A DNA stretch of 64,000 nt from Lama guanicoe. Lineage: Eukaryota. This document shows positions 61,241 through 64,000 of the stretch, one piece after another. The number at the start of each line of letters is the position of its first letter. Position 1 is the first letter of the stretch. Location: NCBI GenBank assembly GCA_013239625.1, contig MU054117.1, forward strand, positions 2,478,011-2,542,010. The letters run 5' to 3'. The notes below the pieces were generated by a model that saw only the letters and a program-made list of their open reading frames with translations, was not told where the DNA came from and searched no databases. The position numbers and the translations under genes are program-made.

Positions 61241-62696
61241 AGGCGCTGCGAGTTTGCAGACCTTGATTTGAGGCTATAACACGCCACAGGCCGCACAGCT
61301 ACTCAGTGCAGGGGGCAGGAGGGGGAGTGGCGCTCTGACTGTAAGGCGTGAGCCACCCAGGTATTTCCCCAGGTATTTCTAGACCCAGCAGGGATTCTGG
61401 GGTCCTCTGCTGGAGCACAGGAGCCCTGTCAAGTCTGTAGATGAGGAAGCTGGCAAGAATTCCCCTTTCCCGGGAGGTTTGCCCGCGGCCCTGTCCGGTG
61501 CGCCCTGGCAGGAAGGTGCTGCCCACTGCTCACGTCTCAGGCCAGAGAAAAGCCATCTCCCTGCCACGAGGTGTGTCCTTTTCAAATTCACTTGAGTGTT
61601 TTTTTGTCTACTGCCTGTTTTCCTGCACCTTGGTTTCTGTTACTGGCAGGTTGAACCCAGGAGACCCACCTCCCCACCCCTACGAGAGTTGCCAGAGTGC
61701 CACACAAGAGCTTGTATTTTGCCCCAGGCAAACGGGAGCAGGAAGTAGGGGTGTCTGTTCAGGCTGTGGATGGGTCATGGTTGGCTAGCGGTCCCCCGGG
61801 ACAGGCTGGCAGGATGCTGACGCAGGACCTCCCAAACTGGGCTGGGGCCCTGAGGGGAGCCCTGGTGGAGGTGGAGGTTTCCTGCACTTGGTGTCGGTCT
61901 GTCCAGCTGTTTCCTCTTGATAGAGCGGCCGGACAATGCCTTGGTGACTCAACTCCCAGTGCCGTCCATGAACAATCGCAGATTTGTCAGGGCCCGAGCG
62001 GGAGCAGCGCTGTACCAGTCACCTGCTTCCAGGCTCCCAGTTGGGAGGAGACAGGGCACTGGGAACCGCGGCTCTGCTTGCTTGTCTTGGTGTCCCAGGG
62101 GCCTGTCCTAGTTGGGTTGGCTTCAGGCTGTTGGTTTCTGATTTCCCAGCAGCTTGTCCTCCCTTGTTCTCTGCACACAGCTGAGACCAGCTGCCCGCCT
62201 GCCATTCCAAGTCGAGCTTTGCCAGACCTCCTTCACCCTTGGTTTGAGGTTCTGTGGGTTTGGCGCAGTCCCTGGGGTCCGGCATCTCCACCCAGGCATC
62301 CAGGACCTGGACGAGCTTCAGATGAGAAAGACAGCTGTATGGTTCTCTAATCTCCTCCAGTGGGTAGAGGATTAAGCAATTTTTTGGTGGGTTTGTTATT
62401 ATGTATTACGATTTTTTTTAAAAACAAAAGCTATTGTTTTTTGCATGTTTTTTAGGTTCCTGTCATGCTTACTAAGTAGCACTTCATGAGTTATCTAACT
62501 TAATCCTTCCAGTAACCCTCCGAGGGAGGTATCTGAAACACCAGAGGGGAAGAAGCTCGCCCAAGATCTCAGCTTCATCTCACATTAAAGTCCTGAGACT
62601 TAAAGATTTCCTAGGAGGGCCCTGGTGTGGAAGAGTTTAAAGAACAGTTTGAGACCATTGATGGAATCTTTGAAAGGAGCTGAGCGGGGAGGATAC

Positions 62697-63103
62697 AAAA
62701 CAGAAAGAGACCTACAGAGATAGATAACAAATTTATGGTTCCCAAAGGGGAATGGGGGCTGGGGATAAATTAGGAGTTTGGGATTAGCAGATATGCAAAT
62801 TACTATATTTATTTTTCAAATGGAAGGATTTGAGATGGAACCCAGGACCTCGTGCATGCTAAGCATGTGCTCTACCACTGAGCAATTTCCCTCCCTTTTA
62901 ATTTTTATCTGTTTATTTATTTTTCAAACTGTTATATATAAAATAGATAAACGACAAGGTCCTAACATATAGTACAGGGAACTACATTCAATATCTTGTA
63001 ATAACCTATAATGAAAAACAATATATAATATTCACTGAATCACTATGTTGTACACAGAAACTAACATTGTAAATCAGTTAAACTTCAATGTAAGAAAAAA
63101 AAA
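62697..63103 (+). mobile_element. L1 3' end with nested SINE
   Basis: ACAAATTTATGGTTCCCAAAGGGG...GGGAACTACATTCAATATCTTGTAATAACC followed by poly-A. Confidence 0.9.
62808..62895 (-). mobile_element. tRNA-Ala-derived SINE (Vic-1-like) nested in an L1 3' end
   Basis: Core GAACCCAGGACCTCGTGCATGCTAAGCATGTGCTCTACCACTGAGC interrupting L1 sequence. Confidence 0.85.
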
Positions 63104-64000
63104 AACCCAAACCCCACTAAATTCTCTTTTCAAACACCAACAGAAAAATCATATCTTCAGAAATTATACATAATGACTCCAGATAATGCTTATGAAAAAG
63201 TGCCAAGCAAATACTGTAAGATATAAAACTGTATATACTATAAATTCTAATTTTTAAAAAACTTGCAGAAAAGACTAGAGGAAATAAACCAAAAATGCAA
63301 ATGATGACAGTGATTATAGTGACCTCTCTTTTTTATGTTCTTCTGTGGTCTCTAAAGTTTCTTTAGTGACCGCTACCACCAGCAGCAAAGTCTCGGTGTC
63401 TGGGGACTGCGGGTGCCTTTGCTCAGACAGGACGCCCCCTGCCCTGGGGCGCGAGGGCTCCAGCACTTGGCAGAGCCGGGCGTGGGCCATGCTCTGGGAG
63501 GGGGCCCTCTGCCCTGAGCCCCTCTTCCTTCCTTCTCTGTCACATGCTGCCCGTCCAGTTTTCTCCCTTAATTGGCCGTAAATTTATAACTGAAGAACGG
63601 TTTTCAAAACTATGTGTTGTTTTATCGGTCTCGTTTCCTGAAGACTCTGGCAAGGAGACATTTTATATTTCTTACTCGAAAAGAAAGCCCTAATTTAAGT
63701 TCCTTTCCACTCATGTGATCCCAATTGATTTTCGTCTCTCTGTAGCTCAGATGGTCTTTGTCAGATAGAAGAATTTTCTGCTCCTGCCTTAAATGGCCTC
63801 TGAAGGTCCAGTTTAAAATGACAGTGCATTGCCATGGCTGGTTAGATAACACTGGTCCAGCCTGCTGTCACACAGAGGGATGGGGAAGCTGGCTGTTCTG
63901 ACAAAGTTCTGTGGCTGACTATGCAGCTGAGACTGAGCCCCACGACGGCCTAGAGAACGCTTGTGACCCTGACTCGGGAACGGCCTTTCTGTTTGTGTTT

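Noticed and set aside
1..64000. Other scattered CATTCC/GGAATG TEAD motifs; CRISPR arrays or prokaryotic systems
   Set aside because: The hexamer frequency is compatible with chance; no repeat-spacer array or operon-like structure is present in this mammalian DNA.

Overview
Mammalian genomic DNA, most likely a camelid, judged from several copies of a tRNA-Ala(AGC)-derived Vic-1-type SINE. The window holds the last three coding exons and poly(A) site of TEAD4 (+, 7922-9645) and a ~22 kb intergenic region. A CpG-island promoter with non-coding first exon(s) follows at ~31.4-32.7 kb; it is assigned to TSPAN9 by TEAD4-TSPAN9 synteny. The rest is intron filled with L1, L2, MIR, MLT1 and hAT relics. 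The most notable observation is absent from the ORF track: an AT-rich block at ~21.45-22.68 kb. After removing three later insertions, each flanked by a target-site duplication, its minus strand translates (with stops and a frameshift) into a protein collinear with bornavirus nucleoprotein, making it a candidate endogenous bornavirus-like N element (EBLN). A possible displaced N-terminal piece lies at ~23.83-24.07 kb, and an orphan CpG island with MYB sites lies ~1.3 kb away. All homology calls were made by eye against remembered reference sequences and need database confirmation. Repeat boundaries are approximate.
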